DNA of 64,000 nt from Cetorhinus maximus (Eukaryota). Of the stretch, positions 38,251 through 50,709 are shown piece by piece; position 1 is the stretch's first letter, and every line of letters starts with the position of its first letter. Location: positions 11,098,001 to 11,162,000 of the forward strand of contig NC_135899.1 of the NCBI RefSeq assembly GCF_964194155.1, read 5' to 3'. The notes beneath the pieces were generated by a model. That model ran no database searches. It was not told the DNA's origin and saw only the letters and a list, made by a program, of their open reading frames with translations. The translations under genes and the position numbers were made by a program.

Positions 38251-39390
38251 CTACAATAGCCCAGTGTCCGCAGCAGCCATGGTTAGCTGGGCTAACTTAC
38301 AGTTGTCGGCTGTGGTCTTGCCATGTTGCTCTTTGAGGTGCCTGCGGAGGGCAGGTTTGTGGGCGAAGCTCATGTTGCAGTAGTGGCAGTGGTGAGGCCT
38401 GGCGCCGCTGTGAAGGTTCATGTGATCCTTCAGCGAGCGGTTCTGGGTGAACGTCTTGCCGCAGACGGTGCAGAGGTAAGGCTTGATGCCTGTATGCACG
38501 TGGACGTGCCTGGCCAGGTTGACCCGCTGGCTAAACACCTTGCCACACCTGGGGCACATGAAGAGCTTATGGGCCTTCATGTGGGCCACCAGATGCTCCG
38601 GGTGCTGGAAGGCCTCTGCACACTCGCTGCAGTGAATGGGCTGGGGGCAGGGGGCAGCTGGGGTTCCCTGAGGGCTGGGGAGAGCCCGGGGCCTGACGGA
38701 GCAGGCGGCCCCGCACTCCTCACTGGCCGAGCTGTCCTCGTCCTCGGGGAAGCCGCCGCCGATCAGAACGCAGCCCTCCTCATCATCGGTCGCCTCGGAG
38801 AAATCGGGGCAGGCCGGTTGCCGGGACACGCTTGGCCGGCTTCCAGAAGGTTCTGCCACCGGGCTGTCCGCATCGATGATTACATAAAGGTCATCGGCCT
38901 CTTCGTTCTCCTCAGACTCCGACTTGATCTCGGCCTCCTCCTGGGCCTGGGACTCAATTTGGGCCTGCGCCTCCGGACCGCAGCCATCATCCTTGATCTT
39001 GATGCGGGGGTCGATATACCTGGACAGTGCCCGCCTGCACTCCTCCACCACGTGGTCCATCTGCAGGTAGCTGGCCGTCGTCAGGTAGTTCACCACCTCC
39101 TTGAAGGGGAAGTCCAGTGCCCCGGTGTAGCACGAGAGCAGCAGGCGGGAGAGCATCTCCGCCCCCTCGCTCAGCGCCACCCGTACCTCCTTGGACGGGT
39201 TGAGGAGGAACTGGTCGCGCAGGAAGGGGGAGCAGGCTGCCAGCACCACCCGGTGCCCGGGGAACCTCAGCTGCTCCGTCACGATGGTCACGTCGCAGAA
39301 ACGCTTCTCCAGGCGCAGCTGGTTCATCTTCTTCAAGGTCGTTGACTCATGATGAAGAAACTGGAACTGAAGAACCTCTCCTGACGCCAT
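38251..39390 (-). CDS. ZBTB12: ZBTB12-like BTB plus 4 C2H2 protein, copy 3 (379 aa)
   Basis: MASGEVLQFQF..FLRDQFLLNPS..SCYTGAL; fingers with FMCPRCGK, NLHSGARP and FAHKPALRRHLKEQHGKTTA.N closely match human ZBTB12; tttaaacag acceptor at 39403-39402. Confidence 0.92.
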   Translation of the reverse strand: MASGEVLQFQFLHHESTTLKKMNQLRLEKRFCDVTIVTEQLRFPGHRVVLAACSPFLRDQFLLNPSKEVRVALSEGAEMLSRLLLSCYTGALDFPFKEVVNYLTTASYLQMDHVVEECRRALSRYIDPRIKIKDDGCGPEAQAQIESQAQEEAEIKSESEENEEADDLYVIIDADSPVAEPSGSRPSVSRQPACPDFSEATDDEEGCVLIGGGFPEDEDSSASEECGAACSVRPRALPSPQGTPAAPCPQPIHCSECAEAFQHPEHLVAHMKAHKLFMCPRCGKVFSQRVNLARHVHVHTGIKPYLCTVCGKTFTQNRSLKDHMNLHSGARPHHCHYCNMSFAHKPALRRHLKEQHGKTTADNCKLAQLTMAAADTGLL

Positions 39391-39449
39391 TGCTTTTCAA
39401 ACTGTTTAAAATAAAGAAACCAAAAGTCTGTAAAACTACTGCTGATAAT

Positions 39450-41860
39450 TACATGACACAGAAACAGGCCATTCAGCCCAACCAGTCCATGCTGGTGTTT
39501 ATGCTTCACTCGAGCCTCTTCCTTCTTTCCTCATTTAAATCTATCATTGTAACCCTCTATCCCCTTCCCCCTCATCTACTTGTCTAGCTTCCCGTTAAAT
39601 ATATCCATACTATTCACTTCAACCACTCCCTGTGGTAGCAAGTTCCACATTCTAGCCACTCTTTGGGTCAAGAAATTTGGTCCGAATTCCCGATTGGATT
39701 TATTAGTGACTATCTTCTATTGACGACCTCTAGTTATGTTCTTCCCCATATAAAGGAACATTCTCTCTGTATTCACTCTATCAAAACCTTTCATAATTTT
39801 AAATTAGGTCACCCCTCAGCCTTTGTTCTTTCAAGAGGAAAGAGATTATGCCTGTCAATCCTTTCCGGGTATGTATCCTTGTAAATTTCCTCTGCAACCC
39901 CGCCAATGCCTCTATATCCTTCTTAAAATACGGCGACCAGAACTGCAGGCACTACTTTCAGTGTGGCTTAACCAAGGTTCACTACAGATTCAGCATAATT
40001 TCCCAACTTTTTAATTCTATCCCTCTGGAAATAAAGCCTAGTGCTGAGTTTACTTTTTTTATGGCCTTGCTAACTTGTGGTACAATTTTTAGTGATTGGC
40101 GTATTTGTATTTGGAGATCCCTTTGTTCCTCTACCCCACTTAAGACTTGCACCTTCCACGCAATGAGTGACCTCCCAATTCTTCTTACCAAAAGGTACGA
40201 CCTCACATTTATCTGTGTTGAACTTCATTTGCCAATTATTTCCCTATTCTGCAAGTTTATTAATGTCCTCCTGTAATTTGTTCCAGTCCTCTTCAGTATT
40301 GACTACCATCTCAATTTGGTGTCATCTGCAAGTTTAGAAATTGTGTTTTTGATAATGATACCACAGGGAGCCTTGTGGCGCAGCGGGTAGAGTCCCTGCC
40401 TCTGAGCCAGAAGTTCCGGGTTCAAGTCCCACTCCAGGATTCGATAACTACTGAAGGTGTGTTCGTCACGTGGCCAAACACAACTGTCAACCTGCAAATC
40501 TTTTGGGATGGCAGGCGTGTAAGAGCGGGAGAGATTCCTGGTCAGCCACATGATGGAAAGAACATTGGGGCCACAGCAACTCGGGCTTCCCGTGTGGATT
40601 GTAACACACCATCACCACAGGGAATGGTTGAGGCAAATAATATTGATGCGTTTAAATGGGAACTAGATAAGCAAAAAGGAGAAAGGAATAGAAAGACATA
40701 CTGATAGGGTGGGAGGAAGCTAGTATGGAGAATAAACACCAGCGGGGGCTGAATGGCCTGATTCTGTGCTATAAATACTTATGTAACAGAGACATACATG
40801 GCGGGAGTTGGGGTAGGGGAATCTAATTCTGTGACTGTACAGCTTCACATGGAAGCCACAGGTCAATGACATTTCAGCCTCAATATGCCCAGGCCAAGGG
40901 GGAGAAAAGAAAAATACAAGAATCTCAGCCAGGATCTCACAGCGCTGAAAGAGGCGATTCGGCCCATTGTATCTGTGCTAGCTCTTTGGTCAAGCTATCC
41001 GATCAGTTCCTCTCCCATTCTCTTTCCCCATAACCCAGCGCATTTTTTTTCCTTTTCAAGTATTTATCCAACATTTCGTTACATCTTAAAAGTTATTATT
41101 GAACTGGCTTCATGGAGAGACAATATAAAATAAAGGATACAACTCTAAAGGGGGTGCAGAAGCAGTGGGACAGGGGTAAATGTGCACAAGTCATTGAAGG
41201 TGGCAGGACAGGCTGAGAGACCAATTAATAAAGCATACAGTACCCTGGGTTTACTAATAGAGGCATAGAGTACAAGAGCAAGGAGGCTATGTTGAACTTG
41301 TATAAGACACTATTTTGGCCTCAACTGGAGGACTACGTCTAGTTCTGGGGACTGTACTTTGTAAAGACACCGGAGAGAGTGCCGGAAAAATTGATGAGAA
41401 TGGTTCCAGAGATGAGAAACTTCAGTGATGAAGATAGATTGGAGAAGTTGGGTCTGTTTTCCCTTTTGAAGAGAAGTCTGAGAAGAGATTTGATAGACGG
41501 GATCCAGGAGCATGAGGGGTCTGGACAGAATCGAAAGGGAGAAACCGTTCCCACTTGTGAAAGGATCGAGGACGAGATGGTAGGGGTTTAAGGTAAGTGG
41601 CAAAGGAAGCAAAAGCGACACAAGTAAAAACCTTTTTCACGCAGTGAGTGGTTAAGATCTGGAATGCGCTGCCTGAGAGTGTGGTGGCGGCAGGTTCAAT
41701 CGAGGCACTTGAAATGGAATTAGACTGTTATCTGAAAAGGAAGATGTGCAGGGTTATGGGGAGAATGTGGGGGAATAGCACTAATGAGTTTTCATTCGAG
41801 AGCCGGTGCAGACATGCTGGGCCAAATGGCCTCCTTCTGCACTGTAACAATTGTGTGATT
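39450..41860. mobile_element. CR1-like fragments (39450-40345 minus; 41110-41860 plus)
   Basis: Decayed RT C-terminal peptides (EQRDL..IRQSLK, DRLEKLGLFSL). Confidence 0.75.
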
Positions 41861-42254
41861 TCACCGCCCATTCAGGTAGCACATTCCAGATCACAACAAT
41901 TTGCTGAGTAAAAATATTTCTCTTTATCTTCCTCTTTTTTTTTGTCAATTATCTCAACTCTGTGACCTCATGCCAATCTTTATCAAGGCCCCACATAATT
42001 TTGAACACCTCGACTGAATCCCCCCACCTGAGCCTTCTCTGTTCTAAGGAGAACAATCTCGGTTTCTTCAGTATCTCCACATGACTGAAGGAAGCCACTC
42101 ATTCAAGTAATATTTCCTCTGCACTTTCTCCAAGTCCTGGGCAAGTTGTGAAATCAAATTGATCAGCCCCTTGCCAGCAACATCTGGACACATGGTGCAG
42201 GGCTTGAACATATTCCTTTTGGTCACTTGGTAGTACAGAATTTGAGTATGGCTG

Positions 42255-43100
42255 AAAAAAAAGACATGCTATCAAAGCTTTTTGTCTTGCACTCAGCAAG
42301 ATAGCTAACAAGAAATTACCAACAGTAAAGGGAACAACAATTTATACTGTATGAGAAGAGAGTGTCGATTGGTTGCCAAGTGGATTCTGATTGGTGGAGG
42401 TGTTGCCATGGACAATGCAGCATGGAACAGTTGACTGCTCAGCTTTGTTCAAATTCAAACCAGGCAGGTTGATTCTGATTGGTCAACGCATTGCCCTGGG
42501 GAATGAACCAGGGAATGACTGTTCCCCAAGCTTTTGTTTAGTCAAAAAAGGTGCAATGTGTGGACATGTTCCTTCTGTCTGCAAAGGACAGGGCTCTGTA
42601 TGTGAACATATGTGGCTTCTAGCATGCATAAGTGAGGCACACTGTGAGCCCAACTGATAATCTTAAATTGGTTTTCAGTGTAATTGGGATTTAGCAGGTG
42701 TTGTCCAATTGCGGAATCAAGTCTAATGTTGGACACTGTTTTTGAGTTTTGCAAGCATGGGCTGGTTGGTTATGGTCAGTACTTTGCCTGTTGTGAACAG
42801 TCAAAGGGACGTGCTGTTTGATATTCCTTTTATTCTTTTTGTTTGCAGAGAACAGGTCTCTGCGCCTTTTCCTGAATTACCTGGGAGCTTGGGGAGCCTA
42901 TAGTTCCCCATTGCTTTCCCCATGGCAACGCCTCAGCAAATCAGAGTCAACTTGCCAACCAATCTGCATGCCTTTTCTCCTGTGGTGTAAATTATTGTGG
43001 TATAAATTGTTATTTGAAATTTGGCATTCTTGCATTTGTCCTGATGAGTGCAAGACGAAAAGCTTTGACAAAATAACTTGCTTTTCAGCAGTATTCAAGT
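42255..43100 (-). mobile_element. Penelope-like element remnant: GIY-YIG C-terminal fragment with inverted pseudo-LTRs
   Basis: ORF 42542-42754 DSAIGQHLL..QFKIIS.AHSVPHLCMLEATYVH..PVLCRQKE resembles the PLE endonuclease C-terminus; 42265-42410 is the inverted counterpart of 42920-43075. Confidence 0.75.
43035..43072 (+). ncRNA. Minimal type I hammerhead ribozyme motif in the Penelope pLTR
   Basis: Stem I TTTGTC/GACAAA, core CTGATGA, stem II GT-GCAAG-AC, GAAA, palindromic AGCT stem III, UUU cleavage triplet. Confidence 0.7.
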
Positions 43101-43119
43101 TCTGTTCGAGATTGGAAGA

Positions 43120-46100
43120 GCAATAGAGATAGGTGATTCCATAGTTAGGGGAATAGACAGGGATTTCTGCAGCCACAGACATAAATCCAGGATGGTGTTT
43201 GTTGCCTCTCTGGTGCCAGGGTCAAAGATGTCACTGGGTGGCTGCAGAGCACCCTGAGGAGGAAGGTTGAACAACTAGCAGTTGTGTTCCACATTAGGAC
43301 CAATGGCATAGGCAGAAAGAGGGATGTGGTCCTGTAGTCAGAACTTAGGGAGCTAGGTAGGAAATTAGCAAGCAGGACCTCAAAAGTATTCATCTCTGGA
43401 TTACTCCTAGTAACGTCCACGAGTGAGTACAGAAACAGGAGGATAAGACAGATGAATGAGTGGCTGGAGAGATGGTGCAGGAGGGAGGGATTTAGATTCT
43501 TGGGACACTGGGACTGGCTCTGGGGGAGATGGGACCTGTACAGGCTGGATGGGTTGCACCTAAAGAGATTCCAGGACTGAGTTCCTTGTGGGGCAATTTA
43601 CTAATGCTATTGGGGAGGGTTTAAACTAACTTGGCAGGTGTGTGGGAGCCAGGAGATAATATCAGAAAGGAATATCAAGGTGCATAGCACATTGGGAGAG
43701 ATAGAAAATGGTAAGCTATTAGATGGGTTCAGAGTAAGGGAAACAGTAATAAATTCTAAATCAGGTCTACTCAACATCGTATGTATGTATGTAAAGGTCA
43801 ATAAGATTGGTGAGTTACAGGTGCACATTGCCATGTGGAATATATGATGTTGTGCCTATAACAGAGACCTGGCTCAAAGAAGGGCAGGACTAGGTGTAAA
43901 ATATTCCTGGATACAAGGTATTCAGGAAAGATAGGAAAGGAAGAAAAGGGGGAGGGGTGTCAATATTGATTAAGAATAGCATTGAGGTGCTGGAGAGAGA
44001 CAGATGTCCCAGAGGAGTCAAAGACAGAATCTATTTGGCTAGAGCTAAAGAATGAAAAAGATTCAATTACATTGCTTTAGTGATGGCCTATAGACTTATA
44101 GACTAGGACTTTTTAGTCACCTCAGGGCCCACAACTCTAGAGTGAAAGAAAGTCATTGTGGGTCTCTAGGGACTGCATTGGAAGAGGCCACCAACCTGTG
44201 GGAAAGATGGAGAGGAACAAACTTGCAAGGAAATTATAGAGAAGTACAAGTATTATAGAGTAGTTAGAATGGGGGAATTTAGTTATCCAAATATAGATTG
44301 GGATAGCAGTAGTGTAAAGGGCAAAGAGGGGCAAGAGGCCCTACAGTGTGTTCAGGAAAATTTTCTACAGCACTGTTTCCAGTCCAATTAGAAAAGAGGC
44401 ACTGCTAGACCAGGTTCTTGGAAATGAGTCGGCCAAGGTGATCAAACGTCAACGGGGGAACAATGAGGGGACAGTGATCATTGTGTCATAAGGTTTTGTT
44501 TGGATATGGAGATGGACAAAGAACATTTCAGAGTAAGAATAATTAACTATCAACATCCTGGAGGTTACCATTGACCAGAAACTGAACTGGGCTAACTATA
44601 TAAATATTGTGGCTACAAGAGCAGGTCAGAGGCTATGAGTCCTGCGATGAGTAACTCATCTCCTGACTCCCCAAAGCCTGTCCACCATCTACAAGGCACA
44701 AGTGAGGAGTGTGATGGAATACTCTCCACTTGCCTGGATGAGTGCAGCTCCCACAACACTCAAGAACCTTGACACCATCCAGGACAAAGCAGTCTGCTTG
44801 ATTGGCACCACATTCACTCCCTCCACCACCAACACACAATAGCAGCAGCGTGTACCATCTACAAGATGCACTGCAGGAATTTACCAAGGTTCCTACGACA
44901 GCACCTTCCAAAACCACAACTGCTACCATCTAGAAGAATGAGGGCAGCAGATAGATGGGAACACCATCAGATGGGAGTTCCCCTCCAAGTCACTCACCAT
45001 CTTGACTTGGAAATATATTGCACTTCCTTCACTGTCGCTGGAATCCTGGAACTCCCTCCCTAACAGCACTGTGGCTGTACCTTCACCACATGGACTGCAG
45101 TGGTTCAAGAAGGCAGCTCACTACCACCATCTCAAGGGCAACTAGGGATGGGCAATAAATGCTGGCCCAGCCAGCGAAGCCCACATCCAATAAATGAATG
45201 AATTAAAAAAAACTGGGGGAAATCCAACTTCAATGGGGTAAAAATGGACCTGACCCAGATAAATTGTAATCAAAGGTTGGCAGGAAAAATGGTAGCTGAA
45301 CAATGGGATACCTTTAAAGAAGAGATAGTTTGGGATGAAGGGGAAAGGTAGGGCAAACAAAACCAGAGCTCCCTGGATGATAAAAGAGATTAAGACGAAG
45401 CAGAAAAAGTATGCTTATGACTGATGTCAGGTAGATAGTACAACGGAGAACCAGGCTGAATATAGAAGATTCAAGGGGGAAGTGAAAATGAAAATAAGAG
45501 AAGTAAAGAGAGAGTATGAGAAGAGACTGGCAGCGAATATAAAATGGCATCCCAAAGTCTTTTATAGGCATATAAATAGTATAATTGTGGTAAAAGGAAG
45601 AGTGAGACCAATTAAGGGCCAAAAAGTGATATATACATGGCAGCAGAGGGCATAGCTGAGGTATTAAATTTAATACTCTGCATCTGTCTTTACCAAAAAA
45701 GAAGATTCTACCCAGGTCATGGTGAAAGAGGAGGGTGTTCAGAAACTTGGAAGGTTTAAAATTGATAAGGAAGAGGTATTGGATAGACTGTCTGTACTTA
45801 AAGTTGATATGGCAGCAGGACTGGATGAGATACATCCAAGGATACTGAAGAAAGTGAGAATAGAAATTGCAGAGGCACTGGCCATTATTTTTCAGTTTTT
45901 CTTAGACTCAGAGGTGGTGTCAGCAGGCTGAAGAATTGCAAATGTCACACCCTTGTTCAAAAAGTGGTGTAAAGCTAAGCCCTTGCAACTACAGGCCAAT
46001 CAGTTTAACTTCAGTGGTGGGGAAAATATCTAGAACCAATAATTCTGGACAAAATTAATAGTTACATGGACAAATGTGGGTTAATTAAGGAAAGCCAGCA

Positions 46101-47320
46101 TGGATTTCGGAAGGGAAAATTATGCTTAACTAACTTGCTGGAGTTTTTTGAAAAGGTAACAGAGAGGGCCGATGAGGGCGATACTATCGAGACATTTGAT
46201 GCAGTGCCATGCAACAGACTTTTGAGAAATGTATAGCTCATGGAATAAAAGGGACAGTAGCAACAGGGATACAAAATTGGTTGAGTGACAGGAGATAAAG
46301 AATAATGGTTAATGGATGTTTTTTGGGGCGGAGGAAGCTTTGTAGTGGAGTTCTGCAGAGGCCGGTATTGGGACCCTTGCTTTTCCTGATACCGACTAAT
46401 GGCCTGGAGTGCAGGGCACAATTTCAAAATTTGCACATGATTCAAAACTTGGAAGTATTGTGAACTGTGAAGACCATGGTGTAGAACTTCAAAAAGCCAT
46501 AGACAATGGAATGGGTGGACAAGTGGCAGATGAAGTTCGATGCAGGGAAATGTGAAGTGATTCATTTCGGTCAGCAGAACACAGAAAGACAATATAAAAT
46601 AAAGGGTACAATTGTAAAGAGACTGCAGGAAAAGAGGGGCCTGGGTGTATACGTGCATAAGTCATTGAAGGTGGCAGGATAGGTTGGGAGAGCACTTAAT
46701 AAAGCATACATATCCTAGGCTTTATTAACAGGGGCATAAAACATAACAGCCAGGAGGTTATGTTAAACTTGTACAAAAACACCACTTCAGCCTCAACTGG
46801 AGTATTGTGTCCAGTTCTGGACGCCATACCTTAGGAAGGATGTGATGTAGAGAGTGCAGAAAAGACGCATGAGAATGGTTCCAGGGATGGGGAACTTCAG
46901 TTATGTAGATACGTTGTTTTCCTTGGAGAAGAGAAGGTTCAGAGGAGATTTGATAGTGGTATTCAAAATCATGGGGAGTCTGGATAGGGACAAACTGTTC
47001 CCACCTGTGAATGCATCAGGAACGAGAAAGCGCAGATTTAAGCTAATTGGCAAATGAAGCAACGGGGACACGAGGAGAAACTTTTTCATGCAGAAAGTGG
47101 TTAGGATCTGGAATACACTTGTCTGCGAGTGTGATGGAGGCAGGTTCAATTGAAGCATTCAACAGAGAATTGAACTGTTATCTGAAAAGGAATAATGTGC
47201 AGGATTACGGGGAGAAGGCAGGGCAGTAACACTAGATGAGTTGCTCATTTTGGAGAGCTGACGCAGAAGTGATGGGCCGAATAGCCTCCTTCCATGCTGT
47301 ACCTGTTTTGCAATTCTGTT
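43120..47320 (+). mobile_element. Near-full-length degenerate CR1 LINE interrupted by a second LINE (44550-45200)
   Basis: ORF1 IGDSIVRG esterase motif at ~43130, endonuclease ETWL at ~43865, RT QHGFRKGKLCLTNLLEFF at ~46095, 3' tail at ~47300. Confidence 0.85.
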
Positions 47321-47959
47321 AAAATGAAAATTGTTTACATTGAATTTGGAAGGGAAAAATGTTTCATTGTTTTAAATTTGGTGCACATTAAATTTCTTTG
47401 GGGGGGTTTAAAAGGAAATAAATTATTGTGCAAATGGGCACAAGGTTCATAAAGTTGGTGGTGGTGGGGCTGCAATGAGGCGGTTCATTTGCGGAGATGG
47501 TGTTATGGTGGTAATGTCATTGGACTATTAATCCAGAGGCCCAGGCTACTGCTCTGGGGACACTGGTTCAAATCCCAGCATGATAGCTGGTGGAGTTTAA
47601 ATTCAATTAATAAAATCTGGAACTATAAAGCTGGTCTCAGTAATGGTGACCATGAAGCTATCACCGACTGTGTTTAAAAACGCATCTGGTCCACTAATGT
47701 CCTCTGGGGAACGGAAGCCGCTGACCTTACCTGGTCTGGCCTACATGTGACTCCAGGCCCACAGCAATGTGATTAACTGTTAGCTACCCTTTTCAACTGA
47801 GTAAGCCACTCAGTTTAAGGGCAATCAGCAATGAAAGCATAAAGAGAGATTCGGGGGACGCTGAAACAAAAACAGAAAATACTGGAAAAACTCAGCAGGC
47901 CTGACAGCATCTGTGGAGCAAGAAAAACAAAGTTAACGTTTCGAGTCGGTATGACCCTT

Positions 47960-48071
47960 CTCCTTTAAGAGCGCAGGCCCTTTAAGGGAAGGCCGCGCCC
48001 ACTCCTCTGTCCCCGCCCCCTCCCGCTGGTTAGGCCTCGCCCCTGCGCCATGACGTCACGGGCCGGGAGCC
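47960..48071 (+). promoter_or_regulatory. EHMT2: CpG-island promoter of EHMT2
   Basis: GC box CCCCGCCCC at ~48011, perfect CRE palindrome TGACGTCA at 48051-48058, Kozak gccATGg at 48072. Confidence 0.7.
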
Positions 48072-48092
48072 ATGGCTTCCCTGGATGCTGAG
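48072..48092 (+). CDS. EHMT2: EHMT2/G9a exon 1 (MASLDAE)
   Basis: ATG plus 21 coding nt then GAG|GTGAGA; resembles the N-termini of EHMT1 (MAAADAE) and EHMT2 (MAAA..AAE); phase 0. Confidence 0.78.
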
Positions 48093-48318
48093 GTGAGAGA
48101 GTCGCTGAGCGGAGGGAATTCCTCTTTCCGATTAAAAACCGCCGCCCCTTCTCTTCTCACCCGGGCCGCTCGGACTCCTCTTTCCCCCATCCCCATCCAA
48201 TCCTATTCCGGCTTACATCTAAAACCGAGGCCTTTTCCCCTCCCTCGCTCCTCCGTTGGCTCCGAGTCCACGGCGGCCATGGGTCTGGGGCGCTTTGTGA
48301 GGCGGAGAGGTGTTTGGT

Positions 48319-48349
<31 letters not shown>

Positions 48350-50709
48350 GTGGAGGTGGGTGATTGATTGACAGATGGAACCCCAGACCCTGTGTAGCGC
48401 AGTAGCTCCACCCGTTGGCTTGCGGGAGGCATGCGTTAGGCAGGGTTAGGGGTTAGGCGGCGATGCTTGACTGTTACCACGCAACATGTGTAACGCATCG
48501 GTTCCATCCCATTGGATTGCGAGGGGCATGCGTTATGCAAGGTTCAGGGCGGGGGGCGGCCTGCGGGGTGGTGGACGATCGACTTTCAAACCCCATAAAC
48601 TGTGTAACGCGTAAACTTCCTCTTGCCGGTGGCGTGCGGTTATGCGTTATACAGGGTTCATGGTGGGGGGGGTGTTGGGGAAGGGGAGAAAGGGAGAGGC
48701 ATATAGTGTGATTGAGCACCGATCCCTGTAACCTGTATAGTATATTAGTTCCCTCACGTTAGCTTGCGCGATGTGCGTTATTCAGGGTTTGGGGTGCGAG
48801 GCCGGCCAGCCCCAACGATAGACATGCTGCCTTGTTGCTGTTTCCCCCTCCCCCCGCGCATACATTTGACAAACTTGCAAGCTTGGGATTCCGAATAGTT
48901 ACTTTCTTCCCAGCTCAGAATAAAACTCCCATTTTATGTACTACTTCTAAACAGTACATTTTTAAAACTGCACTTTCTTCACAGAATTTTAAAATGCAAT
49001 CACACACACGAAAACTTGCAGTGTCCATTGCTCCACTAGTTCAGTTCCCATTCTGTTTACCAACCTTGCAGATCCTTCGCATAGGACTTGCAGCAGGAGC
49101 AGTCATTTCCCCTTGACATACAGTGGCATTACCATTGATGAATACCCCACTATCAACATCCTGGGGGTTACCATTGACCAGAAACTGAATTGGACCAGCA
49201 TGTAAATACTGTTACAAATGCAGGGCAGAGGCCTGTGGAGAGTCACTCACCGCCTGACTCCCCAAATGTTCAGCATCTACAAGGCACAAGTCAGGACTGT
49301 GATGGAATGCTCCACTTGCCTGAATGAGTGCAGTTGCAACAACACTTAAGAACCTTGACACCATCCAGGACAAAGCAGTCCGCTTCATTGGCATCCCATC
49401 CAGCACCTTAAATATTCACTTCCTCCACACTGACGCACAGTGGCAGCAGTGTGTACCACCTGGCAGATGCACTGCAGGAAGCAAGGCTCCTTCAACAGCA
49501 CCTTCCAAACCTGCAATTTCTACCACATAGAAGGACAAGAGCAGCAGATATATGGGAACGCCACAACCTGGAAGTTCCCCTCCAAGCCACACACTATCCT
49601 GACTTGGAGATATATCACTGTTACTGGGTCAAAACCCTGGAACTCCCTCCCTAATAGCACTGTGAGTGTACCTACACCTTATGGACTGCAGCAGTTCAAG
49701 AAGGCAGCTCACCGTCACCTTCTCAAGGGCAATTAGTGAAAGTTCAGTAAATGCTGGCCTAGCCAGTGACGTTCCCGATCCTGAAAGAATAAAAAAATCC
49801 CTCCTAGTATCCACCCTGTCATGACTCCTCAGGATCTTATATGTTTTAATAAGATCACCTCTCATTCTTCTAAACTCCCATGAGTAAAGGCCCAAGCTGT
49901 TTGACCTTTCCTGAAAGGTGAAAAATGGGGAGGCGGTGCCATAGTGGTTTTGACACTGGACTAGTATTCCAGGGACCCAGGGTAATGTTCTGGGGACCTG
50001 AGTTTGAACCCCACCATGGCTGATGTGAAATTTGAATTCAATAAAAGCCTGGAATTAAAAGTCTGATGATGACCACAAAACCATTGCTGATTGTCATAAA
50101 AATCCATCTGGTTCACTAGTGTCCTTTAGGGAAGCAAATCTGCCATCTTTGCCTGGTCTGCCCTACATGTGACTCCAGACCCTTGTGGTTGACTCTTAAA
50201 TGCCCTCTCAACAAGGGCAATTGGGAATGGGCAATAAATGTTGGCCTAGCCAAAGACCCCGCATTCCATGAGCGAATAAATATCTTGCATTTTAGCCTGT
50301 CTCTTAGAGACGTATTAGGTCAAATGCAATACTTTGTGAGGCAGTTGACTGTTGCCATGTAGGTAAATGGTCTTTTATCAACTCCTGAGATGTGAAGGTG
50401 GTGGTGCGGTTGGGTAGTAATCAGCCAGGCTTCCTGATGTTGGTCATCTTCGATGACTCCAGCACCACCAGTAAAGCTGGAGGGGTGTGATGTTAGGTGA
50501 GGACAGAATGGCAACTCAGCTGTGATGCAGATCCACGTCAAATAGCCTGACTGTGGTCACATTTGAGACTCCAGCTCATGTAGTTTGGACACATGAGCCC
50601 AATGAGGAATGGACACTTTTGATAGGTAATGAATGTCACGTTGTCAGAGTGTCAAACTAGTGGGTTCAAGGAGATTCTATTTAGGAAAACGTAGGGCATA
50701 GAAGGCGGT

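Noticed and set aside
48440-48460. TTAGGG-like telomeric motifs (also ~16035-16055)
   Set aside because: Only one or two imperfect units; consistent with chance in G-rich DNA.
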